IMG/VR virus record: IMGVR_UViG_3300009550_000009
Length of the DNA stretch: 64,000 nucleotides
Source of the DNA: a virus
Direction: 5' to 3' (one strand)
Shown: in pieces, positions 1 through 9,975 of the stretch
Layout of the letters: each line of letters begins with the position of its first letter
Position numbering within the stretch: the stretch's first letter is position 1
Position numbers and translations under genes: made by a program
Notes under the pieces: generated by a model
The model's input: only the letters and a program-made list of their open reading frames with translations
Databases searched by the model: none
What the model was told of the DNA's origin: nothing

Positions 1-1
1 C

Positions 2-121
2 CCAACAAATAGAATGGATGCTGTTGCCATTGCAACTGGAGGAACATCAGTTGATTTTGGTGATTTAACTGTAAGTAAAACTACAATGACTGGTTCATCA
101 AATGGTCACGGAGGTTTATAA
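2..121 (+). CDS. 3' end of a DFGD-repeat propeller paralog (partial)
   Basis: Frame reads PTNRMDAVAIATGGTSVDFGDLTVSKTTMTGSSNGHGGL*. Stop overlaps the next ATG (TAATG). Not in the ORF track. Confidence 0.9.
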   Translation, partial: PTNRMDAVAIATGGTSVDFGDLTVSKTTMTGSSNGHGGL

Positions 122-1131
122 TGGCAATACTTAAAGTCGATACAATCTCTGGAATTGGCACTGAAGGCCCAGTATTTGAGGGAGATATAGAATTTACAAG
201 TCAAAACTTTTTAACACTTCCAAAGGGTGATACAACACAAAGAGGAAGAGGTCGTGGAGTTATAATGGGTGGTTATAGTAGCCCTAATGGTTACGAGAAA
301 GATATTTATTACCTTGACATACAATCTATGGGTAATGCAATAAGATTTGGTGATTTAACAGCAACCAGATATGCTGGTGGTGGATGTGGATCATCAACTC
401 GTGGAATAATTGGTGGTGGAAGAGATCCTAGTGGTCGTATTAATATTATTGAGTCTGTAGAGATTGCAATTACCAGTAATTCAATAGATTTTGGTGATTT
501 AACAGGTGTAAATGCGTTTAATCAAGGAGGTGGAAATCAAACTAGGGGTATTTGGATGGGTGGAGCAACACCTACAACAGTTGATACCATAGAATTTGTT
601 ACGATTGCATCAGCAGGAAATGCAACTGATTTTGGTAATATGACGGCTGTAAAAAACTCTGTTGCCACTGGTGCAAGTTCTACAAGAATGCTTGGAATGG
701 GTGGAGGAAATCCTTCATCAAAATTAGCTACAATAGACCTTATTACAATCGCAACCACAGGAAACGCATCAGATTTTGGTGATTTGACCATAGCAAAAAG
801 TTCAGGAACAGGAGTTTCAAGTGGAATTCGTGCTGTAGCTATAGGTGGAGTTGGTTCACCCGCAATTCTTAACACTATGGATTTTGTTACGATTGCAACT
901 ACAGGAAATGCAACTGACTTTGGTGATACAGTTGCACCATATGAACATACAGGATCAGTTGATAATTCAATTCGTGGTGTGATATGTGGTGCTAGAACAC
1001 CAAGTTATCTCAATATCTTAGAATCTATTACTATCGCAACCACAGGAAACTCAACAGATTTTGGTGATATATCAAGAGATAATCTTGCTTACGTTGCAGG
1101 AACATCTGACAGTCACGGAGGTTTAGCATAA
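121..1131 (+). CDS. DFGD-repeat Kelch-like propeller protein, N-terminal class A
   Basis: Six ~50-aa repeats RG.x.GG...I(D/E).ITIA..GN..DFGD; ends SDSHGGLA. Confidence 0.85.
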   Translation: MAILKVDTISGIGTEGPVFEGDIEFTSQNFLTLPKGDTTQRGRGRGVIMGGYSSPNGYEKDIYYLDIQSMGNAIRFGDLTATRYAGGGCGSSTRGIIGGGRDPSGRINIIESVEIAITSNSIDFGDLTGVNAFNQGGGNQTRGIWMGGATPTTVDTIEFVTIASAGNATDFGNMTAVKNSVATGASSTRMLGMGGGNPSSKLATIDLITIATTGNASDFGDLTIAKSSGTGVSSGIRAVAIGGVGSPAILNTMDFVTIATTGNATDFGDTVAPYEHTGSVDNSIRGVICGARTPSYLNILESITIATTGNSTDFGDISRDNLAYVAGTSDSHGGLA

Positions 1132-2147
1132 TGAGTATCAATCCCGTAGAAATTCCAACAGGAGCAGTCAGATATAATACTGACAGTAATAAGATGGAGG
1201 TATATATTGGCAGCACATGGATGGAGGTCGCTGTAAGCACACCAAATCTTGATGGTGGTGCTCGTGGAATATTTACTTCAAGGTCAACTTCTCCCGGTGT
1301 ATATGTTAACACAGTAGATTATATTACAATAGCAACAGCAGGGAATGCGATTGATTTTGGTGATACGATTGGTAGTGGAGCGTATGGTTCAACCGCATCA
1401 TCTAAAACTCGTGGGTTACTTGGTGGTGGTCATCCAAACTCTAATGGATCAGATACAATTCAATTTTTTACTATTTCATCAACAGGAGACGGAACAGACT
1501 TTGGTAATTTAACATCAGCAAGATGGATAATGGGTGGTGGTGTCTCAAGTCAAACTCGTGGAATTTTTGTGGGTGGAGCTATACTCACAAGTGGTAATCC
1601 AAATACAAATGTTTTAGATTTTGTAACAATAGCATCAGAGGGAAATGCAGTTGATTTTGGTGATCAGATCACAGCAAGGAGACAACAAGGAAGTGTTAAC
1701 AGTTCAACTCGTGGCATATTTGCTGGAGGATATAATCCCGGCACTTTAAATTTAATTGAATTTGTTACAATTGCAACAACAGGTAACACACAAGATTTTG
1801 GTGATTTAATTGGAGCACTTAGACAAAACGCAGGAGTATGTAATTCAACTCGTGGTGTATTCGCTGGTGACTATCCTGCTGCAAATCATATTGATTTTAT
1901 AACAATTGCAACTTTAGGAAATGCACAAAACTTCGGTGATTTGACAGCACCACGTTTTCTTAATGCTGGAGTATCATCACCAACTCGTGGAGTATTTGCT
2001 GGAGGTTATTCTCCTAGTGAACCATCACCAACAAATAGTATAGAATACATAGCAATTCCAACACAAGGTGATGCAGTTGATTTTGGTGATTTGACTGTTG
2101 CTGGTTATGGGTCTGGTGGAATATGTAATGCACATGGAGGGTTGTAA
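1131..2147 (+). CDS. DFGD-repeat propeller protein, class B
   Basis: N-terminal GAVRYNTDSNKMEVYIGSTW, then six repeats; ends NAHGGL. Confidence 0.85.
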   Translation: MSINPVEIPTGAVRYNTDSNKMEVYIGSTWMEVAVSTPNLDGGARGIFTSRSTSPGVYVNTVDYITIATAGNAIDFGDTIGSGAYGSTASSKTRGLLGGGHPNSNGSDTIQFFTISSTGDGTDFGNLTSARWIMGGGVSSQTRGIFVGGAILTSGNPNTNVLDFVTIASEGNAVDFGDQITARRQQGSVNSSTRGIFAGGYNPGTLNLIEFVTIATTGNTQDFGDLIGALRQNAGVCNSTRGVFAGDYPAANHIDFITIATLGNAQNFGDLTAPRFLNAGVSSPTRGVFAGGYSPSEPSPTNSIEYIAIPTQGDAVDFGDLTVAGYGSGGICNAHGGL

Positions 2148-2168
2148 AAACCGTTCCCTTGTGCTATA

Positions 2169-2175
2169 CTAAATA
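2169..2175 (+). promoter_or_regulatory. T4-like late promoter (CTAAATA)
   Basis: Variant of TATAAATA about 25 nt upstream of ORF 2202. Confidence 0.55.
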
Positions 2176-2201
2176 CATCAGTCATAACTTATTGAATAAT
2201 A

Positions 2202-3110
2202 ATGGATGAAAAATCAGCAGCAATTACTGAAGTAGAACTTACACCGGGTTCTGCGATATCTGTAAGTGATCTGAAACAAGACCTAACAAACCTGACTCCT
2301 GAGTATAAGGGAATGTTAAGTCATATCGAGGAGACACTACCTGCAACAAACGCAGCCTGTGATAACTTCTATAAGTCACACTCACAGATGATGACGGTGA
2401 CATTAGATATTACTGATCTTACACCAGTGCGAAGCATCAAACATACTCTTGCATCAATCGAAAGAACAAAGAGTGCGATCATGGAAGCACAGATTAATAT
2501 GAAAAAGAATGAGGTGAAGGTCAAGAAGAAGCAAAGAGAGATAGATCAATGTGAAGATTCACTCGATCAAGAGGAATTACAGATCGAGTTAATTGAACTA
2601 CTGAATAACAATCGTAGTATTGAGAACTCAATGAAAGGTGCGATTCGTAAGATGTCATTCCTGATGACACAGTATCGTTCTGTTCTTGATCATATTGGTA
2701 AGGATCATATCACAGAAGAGGATTATGAAAGAGAAGAGAAACGCTATCATGTCATGACTGCATTGAAGCAAGCACTCAACTCTGCAAGACCTCGTGGTGG
2801 TGTGATTGATGAGGGTAACTCAATTTACCTATTTGATATTGGTGTAAACGTATCACATGCACAGGCAGAGATCTTCAACTATCTGAAGATTGAGAATGAA
2901 ATGGTTGCAAAAGGTCAAGCACCATCACACGAGATGACAGTTGAATGGCTTGAGAAGTGTGCAGACAAGTTCCAAGATTGTTCAGAAAGATTTGCAGCAA
3001 GTCGTGGATTCACAATACTTGATGAGAAGTCATTAACACAAGCAGAACAGGTAACAATGCTACCTTCAAAAGCAGACGCAGAGTTTGCGAAACTCAAAGA
3101 AGCAGAGTAA
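2202..3110 (+). CDS. hypothetical protein with central coiled coil
   Basis: 302-aa ORF with a heptad-rich K/E segment. Confidence 0.8.
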   Translation: MDEKSAAITEVELTPGSAISVSDLKQDLTNLTPEYKGMLSHIEETLPATNAACDNFYKSHSQMMTVTLDITDLTPVRSIKHTLASIERTKSAIMEAQINMKKNEVKVKKKQREIDQCEDSLDQEELQIELIELLNNNRSIENSMKGAIRKMSFLMTQYRSVLDHIGKDHITEEDYEREEKRYHVMTALKQALNSARPRGGVIDEGNSIYLFDIGVNVSHAQAEIFNYLKIENEMVAKGQAPSHEMTVEWLEKCADKFQDCSERFAASRGFTILDEKSLTQAEQVTMLPSKADAEFAKLKEAE

Positions 3111-3112
3111 TT

Positions 3113-3835
3113 ATGATTCATCTTGTAATTGGCACACCCATGTATGGTGGGATGTGCACTAGCGAATATACACAGTCATTATTAAACTTAAGTGAGGCAG
3201 CAAACAAGTCTGAGGGTGTCAAACTGACAACTATCTTTCTTGGCAATGAAAGTTTGATACAACGTGGGCGAAATACAATCGCACATCATTTCATGAATTT
3301 ACCTGATGCAACTCATCTATTATTCATTGATGCTGATATCAAGTTTCGCACTGAAGATATTGTGAAGATGATACAGGCAGATAAGTCTCTTATCATAGGC
3401 CCTGTTGCATTGAAAGGATACAACTGGAATGAGATTCGTCAGGCTGCAGTTAATGGTGAGGATGATATTGGAAGAACTGGTGGTGTATTTAACATCAATC
3501 ATCTTCCCGGAATTGATATGGTGGATGAAAATGAACCATTTGAAATTGAACATGGTGGTAATGCATTTATGATGATTCGTCGTGATTGTTTTGAGACTTT
3601 GAAACCCCATACTCCCATATATACTAATGGAGGAAGATCTCTACCTGACGGTGTAGAAATAAAAGACTACTTTCGTGTAGAGATAAATAAAAATACGAAT
3701 CATTTATTATCTGAAGATTATTTCTTCTGTCATTCATATCGACAAGTAGGTGGAAAAGTCTGGTGTGCTCCTTGGGTGGAGACTGGACATTTTGGTTCAC
3801 ATCTCTTTAATGGTAAATACACTAGGAACAATTAA
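3113..3835 (+). CDS. GT-A-fold glycosyltransferase-like protein
   Basis: IGTPMYGG, LLFIDADI (DxD) and LSEDYFFC motifs. Confidence 0.7.
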   Translation: MIHLVIGTPMYGGMCTSEYTQSLLNLSEAANKSEGVKLTTIFLGNESLIQRGRNTIAHHFMNLPDATHLLFIDADIKFRTEDIVKMIQADKSLIIGPVALKGYNWNEIRQAAVNGEDDIGRTGGVFNINHLPGIDMVDENEPFEIEHGGNAFMMIRRDCFETLKPHTPIYTNGGRSLPDGVEIKDYFRVEINKNTNHLLSEDYFFCHSYRQVGGKVWCAPWVETGHFGSHLFNGKYTRNN

Positions 3836-3840
3836 CGAAA

Positions 3841-4647
3841 ATGGCACAACCAATTGTAAAATATACTTTAAATAAGAAAGGGCAAGTGCCTAGTTGGATT
3901 AACACTAGCTCATCTTCATTTGCTGGTCAACATGGCATCAGTGGAAATAAGGATGGATATATTCCGAGATATGAAGATCCGCAAGAGACAATCTACTTAG
4001 GAATTGCATCTGGTGATCCTGATCCTGATGGCACTCCTGATGATTACGTTGGAACATTTGCAAATAAAACTGCTCTTCAGACATACATAACAGCAACAGG
4101 ATCGACATTACAATATAAAACAGTAACAGGGACAGTTACAGGAGTTCAAACATCTGTAACAACTGGATTATCTACTGCATGGAATCAAACAGAATACTCT
4201 GGTGGATTATCAACATCAACAACAACAAAGCACACAGCCTCTGGTGTTGGAACAGTTGCAACCATATCTACATCTGGAGTCACTAAAGTTGTCACAGTTG
4301 TTGATACAACAACAGGAAGTTCAACTAGCACAGTTTCAAATCCAGTGACAGTTGATCCTGCATCTACACTAAGTGGAGTTTCAACCTCAGTTGGAATCGT
4401 AACTACATCTTCAACAGATGAGTTTACTGGTGTTACAACTACAACAACCACGACTGACACAACATCATTTACTTATACTGATGTGACGACTAACTCTTCA
4501 ACATCAACCTCTGAGACAACAACAGATGGAGTGACAACAAGAACTGATACGGTGACATCAACTGAAACTACAAATTATGAGACCAGTTATGATTATGCAG
4601 CAGAAGCAACAAGACTCTGGGATATATACACAGCACTTAATTCATAG
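3841..4647 (+). CDS. Thr/Ser-rich protein
   Basis: About 150-aa T/S/V low-complexity tract between non-repetitive termini. Confidence 0.75.
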   Translation: MAQPIVKYTLNKKGQVPSWINTSSSSFAGQHGISGNKDGYIPRYEDPQETIYLGIASGDPDPDGTPDDYVGTFANKTALQTYITATGSTLQYKTVTGTVTGVQTSVTTGLSTAWNQTEYSGGLSTSTTTKHTASGVGTVATISTSGVTKVVTVVDTTTGSSTSTVSNPVTVDPASTLSGVSTSVGIVTTSSTDEFTGVTTTTTTTDTTSFTYTDVTTNSSTSTSETTTDGVTTRTDTVTSTETTNYETSYDYAAEATRLWDIYTALNS

Positions 4648-4653
4648 TAATAT

Positions 4654-5448
4654 ATGAAATTTTATTTTGATTGTGGACTCCCTCGTTCGGGGTCTACACT
4701 TTTGACTGCGCTATTAAATCAAAATCCTGAGATTCATGCTGGAACGTTATCTCCTGTATTTGAGTTGATGTATTATACGAATGAGATACTTCATAAGGAA
4801 CAAGCACAAGCATTTCCTAAGCCAAAAGTATTTCAAGAGATTGTAACAAATAATATTATAAATTATTATTCTGATGTAAAAAATCCAGTCATAATTGATA
4901 AATGTAGAGCATGGCCTGCACACATTGATATTATCAAGAAGTATGTAACCAATAATCCAAAACTGATATGCACAGTTCGTCATCCACTTGATATTCTTGC
5001 ATCTTTTATTACTTTATTTCATAAAGACGGAACTCTCAACTTTATTGATAAAGCAATGCTTAAAGAAGGAAAAACTATTACAGATGATAATCGTTGTCAT
5101 TATATGATGAATCCGGGTGGAATCGTATGGGAATCAATGAACGCACTCGCAACAGCGTTTAGGCAGAAACAACAACATCATATTCATTTTATACAATACG
5201 ATAATCTTGTATCTAATACATCACAAGAGATTGCAAAACTACATGGATTTTTAGAACTAGATCCATATGTTTATAACTTTGATAATATAGTTGCAAAAGA
5301 TAGAGAAAAAGATGCAGTGGTATATGGATTACCTACAATGCATGAAGTAAGAAAATCAATTAGTAAAATATCAAAACCATATCAAAAAGTGTTGAGTGTA
5401 GATGTGATAAATAAATATATTAACTATGATTTTTGGAATCAGCAATAA
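4654..5448 (+). CDS. PAPS-dependent sulfotransferase
   Basis: GLPRSGSTLL (5'-PSB loop) and VRHPLDILAS (3'-PB motif). Confidence 0.85.
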   Translation: MKFYFDCGLPRSGSTLLTALLNQNPEIHAGTLSPVFELMYYTNEILHKEQAQAFPKPKVFQEIVTNNIINYYSDVKNPVIIDKCRAWPAHIDIIKKYVTNNPKLICTVRHPLDILASFITLFHKDGTLNFIDKAMLKEGKTITDDNRCHYMMNPGGIVWESMNALATAFRQKQQHHIHFIQYDNLVSNTSQEIAKLHGFLELDPYVYNFDNIVAKDREKDAVVYGLPTMHEVRKSISKISKPYQKVLSVDVINKYINYDFWNQQ

Positions 5449-6621
5449 ATGTCAGAAGTTAGGGTCAACAATCTATCAAATGAGAATAATACAGGTGGCC
5501 CTACCATATCAGGTATCACAACGTATTCTGGCAGACATTTCTTTGTGCCACCAACTGGAGACACCGCAAGTAGACCAGAGGATTGCGAGCCAGGATCACT
5601 CAGATTTAATACAGATACAGCGCATTTAGAATATTTTAGAGGAAATACAATTGGTTGGGTGGAGATAGAAGCAGAACTTACAGAACCACTAGGAGGAGGA
5701 ACGGGATCGAATACGGGTCTTGGCACTCGCATGTTTTTTGCGGGTGGAACAGATGGATCTGGAGTAGTTGATGTTATTCAATTTGTAACTATTTCAACAT
5801 TAGGAAATGCTCAAGATTTTGGTAATCTAACGGCTGCAAAACAAGAGGGAGGAGCACTTGCTAGCCGCACAAGAGGATTTTATTTTGGTGGAGATCCTGC
5901 CCTTAATGTAATTGAATTTATTACAATGGCATCCACAGGAAATGCCTCTGATTTTGGGGATACCAGCACCACCTCAAAATCTGGGATGGGTATGTCAGAT
6001 AGAACTCGTGGAGTAATGGTGCATGGATTTTCAGCACCTACTAGAGTTAATACAATCAGCTTTATTACGATGGCACAAAATGGAAATTCAGTTGATTTTG
6101 GTGATGCCACTGCTCAATGTAATGCTGGTGGTGGATTAAGTTCTTCAACAAGAGGGGTATACGCACTAGGATCTCTTGATGGTGTGTATAGTAATGCTAT
6201 AGACTTTATAACAATAAAAACAACGGGAAATGCAGCAGATTTTGGTGATCTTTCAACAAGTGGAGTTCATTGCAATACTTATTCTAATGCCACTCGTGGA
6301 GTTTTTCATAGTGCTTATCAATATCCAGCCTCTCCAAACTTTATGAATGTTATTCAATTTATAACAATTGCAACAACAGGAAATACAACAGACTTTGGTG
6401 ATTCACTCACTGGAGGATATGGATGTGGTGGAGCATCACCGACTCGTGGTGTTACTGGTGGTGGATATTTTGCTGGTGCTCCTACTGGTGAGTCTGGAGG
6501 GTTTACAAATATCATTGATTTTGTTGAAATAGCAACCACAGGAAACGCAAAAGATTTTGGTGATTTAACAAATACAGTGCGACATATTAAGGGTGATTCA
6601 AATGGTCACGGAGGTTTATAA
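5449..6621 (+). CDS. DFGD-repeat propeller protein, class AB (full N-terminal module)
   Basis: PPTGDTASRP...GSLRFNTD..LEYFRG..IGW, then six repeats; ATAAATA late promoter at 5407-5413. Confidence 0.85.
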   Translation: MSEVRVNNLSNENNTGGPTISGITTYSGRHFFVPPTGDTASRPEDCEPGSLRFNTDTAHLEYFRGNTIGWVEIEAELTEPLGGGTGSNTGLGTRMFFAGGTDGSGVVDVIQFVTISTLGNAQDFGNLTAAKQEGGALASRTRGFYFGGDPALNVIEFITMASTGNASDFGDTSTTSKSGMGMSDRTRGVMVHGFSAPTRVNTISFITMAQNGNSVDFGDATAQCNAGGGLSSSTRGVYALGSLDGVYSNAIDFITIKTTGNAADFGDLSTSGVHCNTYSNATRGVFHSAYQYPASPNFMNVIQFITIATTGNTTDFGDSLTGGYGCGGASPTRGVTGGGYFAGAPTGESGGFTNIIDFVEIATTGNAKDFGDLTNTVRHIKGDSNGHGGL

Positions 6622-7799
6622 TGTCTGAAATTAATTCTTCAAATTTTAAAAAGGAACATGGTGATCTTGCACCAGATCTTGTTGGTGTCACAGAACTGAC
6701 ATCACCTTATTTCTTTGTGCCACCATCAGGAAACACAGCAGAGAGACCAGAGGATTGTGAGCCCGGCACACTCAGATTTAATACTGATATTGGAAGTCTT
6801 GAAGTTTTTAGAGGAAATACAATTGGTTGGGAACAAATACAAAGAAGAGAAGGTCAATATCTAGGTGGAGGAATAACACCAAACCTTGGATCAAATTCTG
6901 GAACAGGAACTCGTGGGATAATTTTAGGTGGAGAGAGCCCATCAACTGGTAATAGAGATATAATTGAATATATTACGATTGAAACTTTAGGTAATACACA
7001 AGATTTTGGTAACTTGGTTTATTCAAGAAGAGGTGGAACACAAAATTGTGGATCAAGAGTGAGAGCGTTGATAGGTGGAGGATACACAGGCCCTGCAGAT
7101 GAAGAGGAGATAGATTTTATAACTTTTGCAAGTCTTGGAAATGCACAAGATTTTGGTGATTTAACAAGTAAAACTCATTCAGGTAGTGCTTGCTCAACCA
7201 ATGTAAGGGGATTATTTACGGGAGGATATACTGGATCTGGAACTGTCACCAATAATATTTGTTATGTAACAATCTCACAAACAGGAAACGCTGTTGATTA
7301 TGGTGATTTAACAAGAACAACTAGAGCTCTTGGGTCATGTCAATCTTCAACTCGTGGAATACAGGCAGGAGGAGCACCAAGTAACCAAAACACGATGGAT
7401 TTTATCACCATGATGACAACTGGTAATGCAACAGATTATGGTGATTTAACTGTAGGTAGAGATATTATTACAGGTGGAGGTAATTCAACTCGTGGCATAT
7501 TTGCTGGTGGAAGAACTGCTCCTGCTGGTGCATTCACAAATGTTATAGATTTTATTACGATTGCAACTCTAGGTAACGCAATAGATTTTGGTGATTTACA
7601 AGATGCTGCATATATGTCAGGGAGATCAACTGCATCATCTCCCCTTAGAATGGTTATGACAATGCCAAATACTCCAAGTTTCCAAGCTGGTTTTGATTTT
7701 ATAGAGATTGCAACAACAGGAAATGCACAAGACTTTGGTGATGCATCTGAAGCAATGCAATCAAATGGTGCAACTTCTAACGGTCACGGAGGTTTATAA
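6621..7799 (+). CDS. DFGD-repeat propeller protein, class AB
   Basis: Same architecture; TAATG coupling. Confidence 0.85.
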   Translation: MSEINSSNFKKEHGDLAPDLVGVTELTSPYFFVPPSGNTAERPEDCEPGTLRFNTDIGSLEVFRGNTIGWEQIQRREGQYLGGGITPNLGSNSGTGTRGIILGGESPSTGNRDIIEYITIETLGNTQDFGNLVYSRRGGTQNCGSRVRALIGGGYTGPADEEEIDFITFASLGNAQDFGDLTSKTHSGSACSTNVRGLFTGGYTGSGTVTNNICYVTISQTGNAVDYGDLTRTTRALGSCQSSTRGIQAGGAPSNQNTMDFITMMTTGNATDYGDLTVGRDIITGGGNSTRGIFAGGRTAPAGAFTNVIDFITIATLGNAIDFGDLQDAAYMSGRSTASSPLRMVMTMPNTPSFQAGFDFIEIATTGNAQDFGDASEAMQSNGATSNGHGGL

Positions 7800-8959
7800 T
7801 GTCACAAATTAACATCAGAAACTTATCAAATGAAAATGATGATGGATCACCAGAGATAGTCGGTGTATCTACATTTTCTGCAACATCATTCTTTGTGCCA
7901 CCAAAAGGATCAACAGCAGAGAGACCATCAGACTGTGAGCCCGGTTCAATCAGATTTAACACAGATACAGCAAACTTAGAATATTTTAGAGGAAAGACAC
8001 TTGGTTGGAGTCAGTTTGAATTAGTCACATCTAATCTTGGTGGGGGAACAGGATCAAATACAGGTGTTGGTGCTCGTGCATTATTCACTGGTGGTCAAGC
8101 ACCGGGAAATACTGATGCCATTGATTTTGTTACTATATCAACTTTAGGTAACTCACAAGATTTTGGTAATTTAACTACCAGTTTAAGCAATACCGGGTCA
8201 GGTGCTTCAAGAACTAGAGGACTTATTTGTGGTGGAGAGCCACTAAGAGCAGACATTGAATTTGTAACATTCGCATCAACAGGTAATGCAACTGACTTTG
8301 GTGCAGACCTGTCAGGCAATAGGAGAGGATCTATGAATGTTTCTTCCTCAACGAGAACGTGCGTTGCTGGTGGTTATACTGCAGGTAGTCCTTATCCAAG
8401 AACAGCTGCGATAGATTATTTGACCATGGCATCAACAGGAACTGCTGGTCAAGATTTTGGTGATTTGACAAATGGTGTTAGATTATTTAATGGTGGAATG
8501 TCTTGTAATTCGACAACTCGTGGTATATGGATAGGTGGTAGTGATCCAAGTTCTGGAACCACTCATATGGATTCCATAACAATTTCAACTTTAGGAGACT
8601 CAACAGATTTTGGTAATTGCACACAGAGTAATGGTGGGCCAAAAGGAAATTGTAATGCAACTCGTGGTGTATGGGCAGGATTCTTTACTCCATCAGTTGT
8701 AAATACAATTGAATTTGTCACGATTGCAACAACAGGAAACACACAAGACTTCGGTGATTTAACAGTATCGAGAGCCTTTTGTCAATCGAGTGGATGCTCT
8801 CCAACAAGAGGAGTATGGGCAGGTGGTGCAACACCTACAAGAGTTAACACCATTGACTATGTTGAAATAGCAACCGCAGGAAATGCAGTTGATTTTGGAG
8901 ATACAATAGCAGCAACAAATGAAGGTGGCGGTATGTCTAACGCTCATGGAGGTCTCTAA
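7799..8959 (+). CDS. DFGD-repeat propeller protein, class AB
   Basis: Same architecture; TAATG coupling. Confidence 0.85.
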   Translation: MSQINIRNLSNENDDGSPEIVGVSTFSATSFFVPPKGSTAERPSDCEPGSIRFNTDTANLEYFRGKTLGWSQFELVTSNLGGGTGSNTGVGARALFTGGQAPGNTDAIDFVTISTLGNSQDFGNLTTSLSNTGSGASRTRGLICGGEPLRADIEFVTFASTGNATDFGADLSGNRRGSMNVSSSTRTCVAGGYTAGSPYPRTAAIDYLTMASTGTAGQDFGDLTNGVRLFNGGMSCNSTTRGIWIGGSDPSSGTTHMDSITISTLGDSTDFGNCTQSNGGPKGNCNATRGVWAGFFTPSVVNTIEFVTIATTGNTQDFGDLTVSRAFCQSSGCSPTRGVWAGGATPTRVNTIDYVEIATAGNAVDFGDTIAATNEGGGMSNAHGGL

Positions 8960-8967
8960 ATAATCAT

Positions 8968-9975
8968 ATGGAAAAACCCTCACTCGATACGGCAAAAGCA
9001 GGTGCAATGCGTTTCAATACGGATAGCAGCCAGATGGAGATTTATGATGGGAATCAGTGGACAGGAATATTAGCAACATCACCAAATCAACAAACTGGTG
9101 GAACTCGTGGGATATGGGCTGGGGGAGGCCCCTCTGCAACTGATAGAATTGATTTTGTCAATGTAGACACCACTGGAGATGCAATTGATTTTGGTAATTT
9201 GCTTGGCAATGAAAATTATACAAGAGGATATGGAAATCGAACACGAGGATTATGGGCTCAATCTGTATCCCCTGCAACTGACCAAATAGAATTTATAACA
9301 ATCGCACAACAAGGAAATTCACAAGATTTTGGAAATTTAACTCAATCTTCTCAATCTGGTTGTCATACAGGAGATAGCACAAGGTGTGTTTTTTTTGAAG
9401 GTATAAACCCAACAACTAATGTAATATCATATGTTACTATAGCATCAACAGGAAATGCTGTTGATTTTGGTGATATGTTGCAAGGGGTAAGACACACATG
9501 TGCAGTTCAATCACCTACAAGGGGTATAGTTCCCGGTGGGTGGACTAATCAACCTAATCATAATACTAACATAATTCAATATATCACTACTTCAACGTTG
9601 GGTAATGCATCAGACTTTGGTGATGTTACTATATCAGAATCTTTAAGAGGTCATGCAGCTGGGTCTAATGCAGTAAGAGGAGTTTATGGTGGTGGAATAC
9701 GATATCCGAGTGGTGTGCAAACTGGATTAGAATTTATCACGTTGGCAACTTTAGGTAATGGAACAACATTTGGTGATTTAGCTTATTCTGGTAGACAGGA
9801 AGGTGGTGGTTGTGCCTCTGGCACACGAGCAGTATTTGGGGGTGCATATGCTCCAAGTGCATTAAATACGATGAATTACGTGCAGATAATGACCACAGGT
9901 AACGCATTTGATTTTGGTGATTTGACTATCGCAAGAGGAACAGGAGCTCTTTCAAACGGTCATGGAGGTTTATAA
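8968..9975 (+). CDS. DFGD-repeat propeller protein, class B
   Basis: GAMRFNTDSSQMEIYDGNQW, then repeats. Confidence 0.85.
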   Translation: MEKPSLDTAKAGAMRFNTDSSQMEIYDGNQWTGILATSPNQQTGGTRGIWAGGGPSATDRIDFVNVDTTGDAIDFGNLLGNENYTRGYGNRTRGLWAQSVSPATDQIEFITIAQQGNSQDFGNLTQSSQSGCHTGDSTRCVFFEGINPTTNVISYVTIASTGNAVDFGDMLQGVRHTCAVQSPTRGIVPGGWTNQPNHNTNIIQYITTSTLGNASDFGDVTISESLRGHAAGSNAVRGVYGGGIRYPSGVQTGLEFITLATLGNGTTFGDLAYSGRQEGGGCASGTRAVFGGAYAPSALNTMNYVQIMTTGNAFDFGDLTIARGTGALSNGHGGL

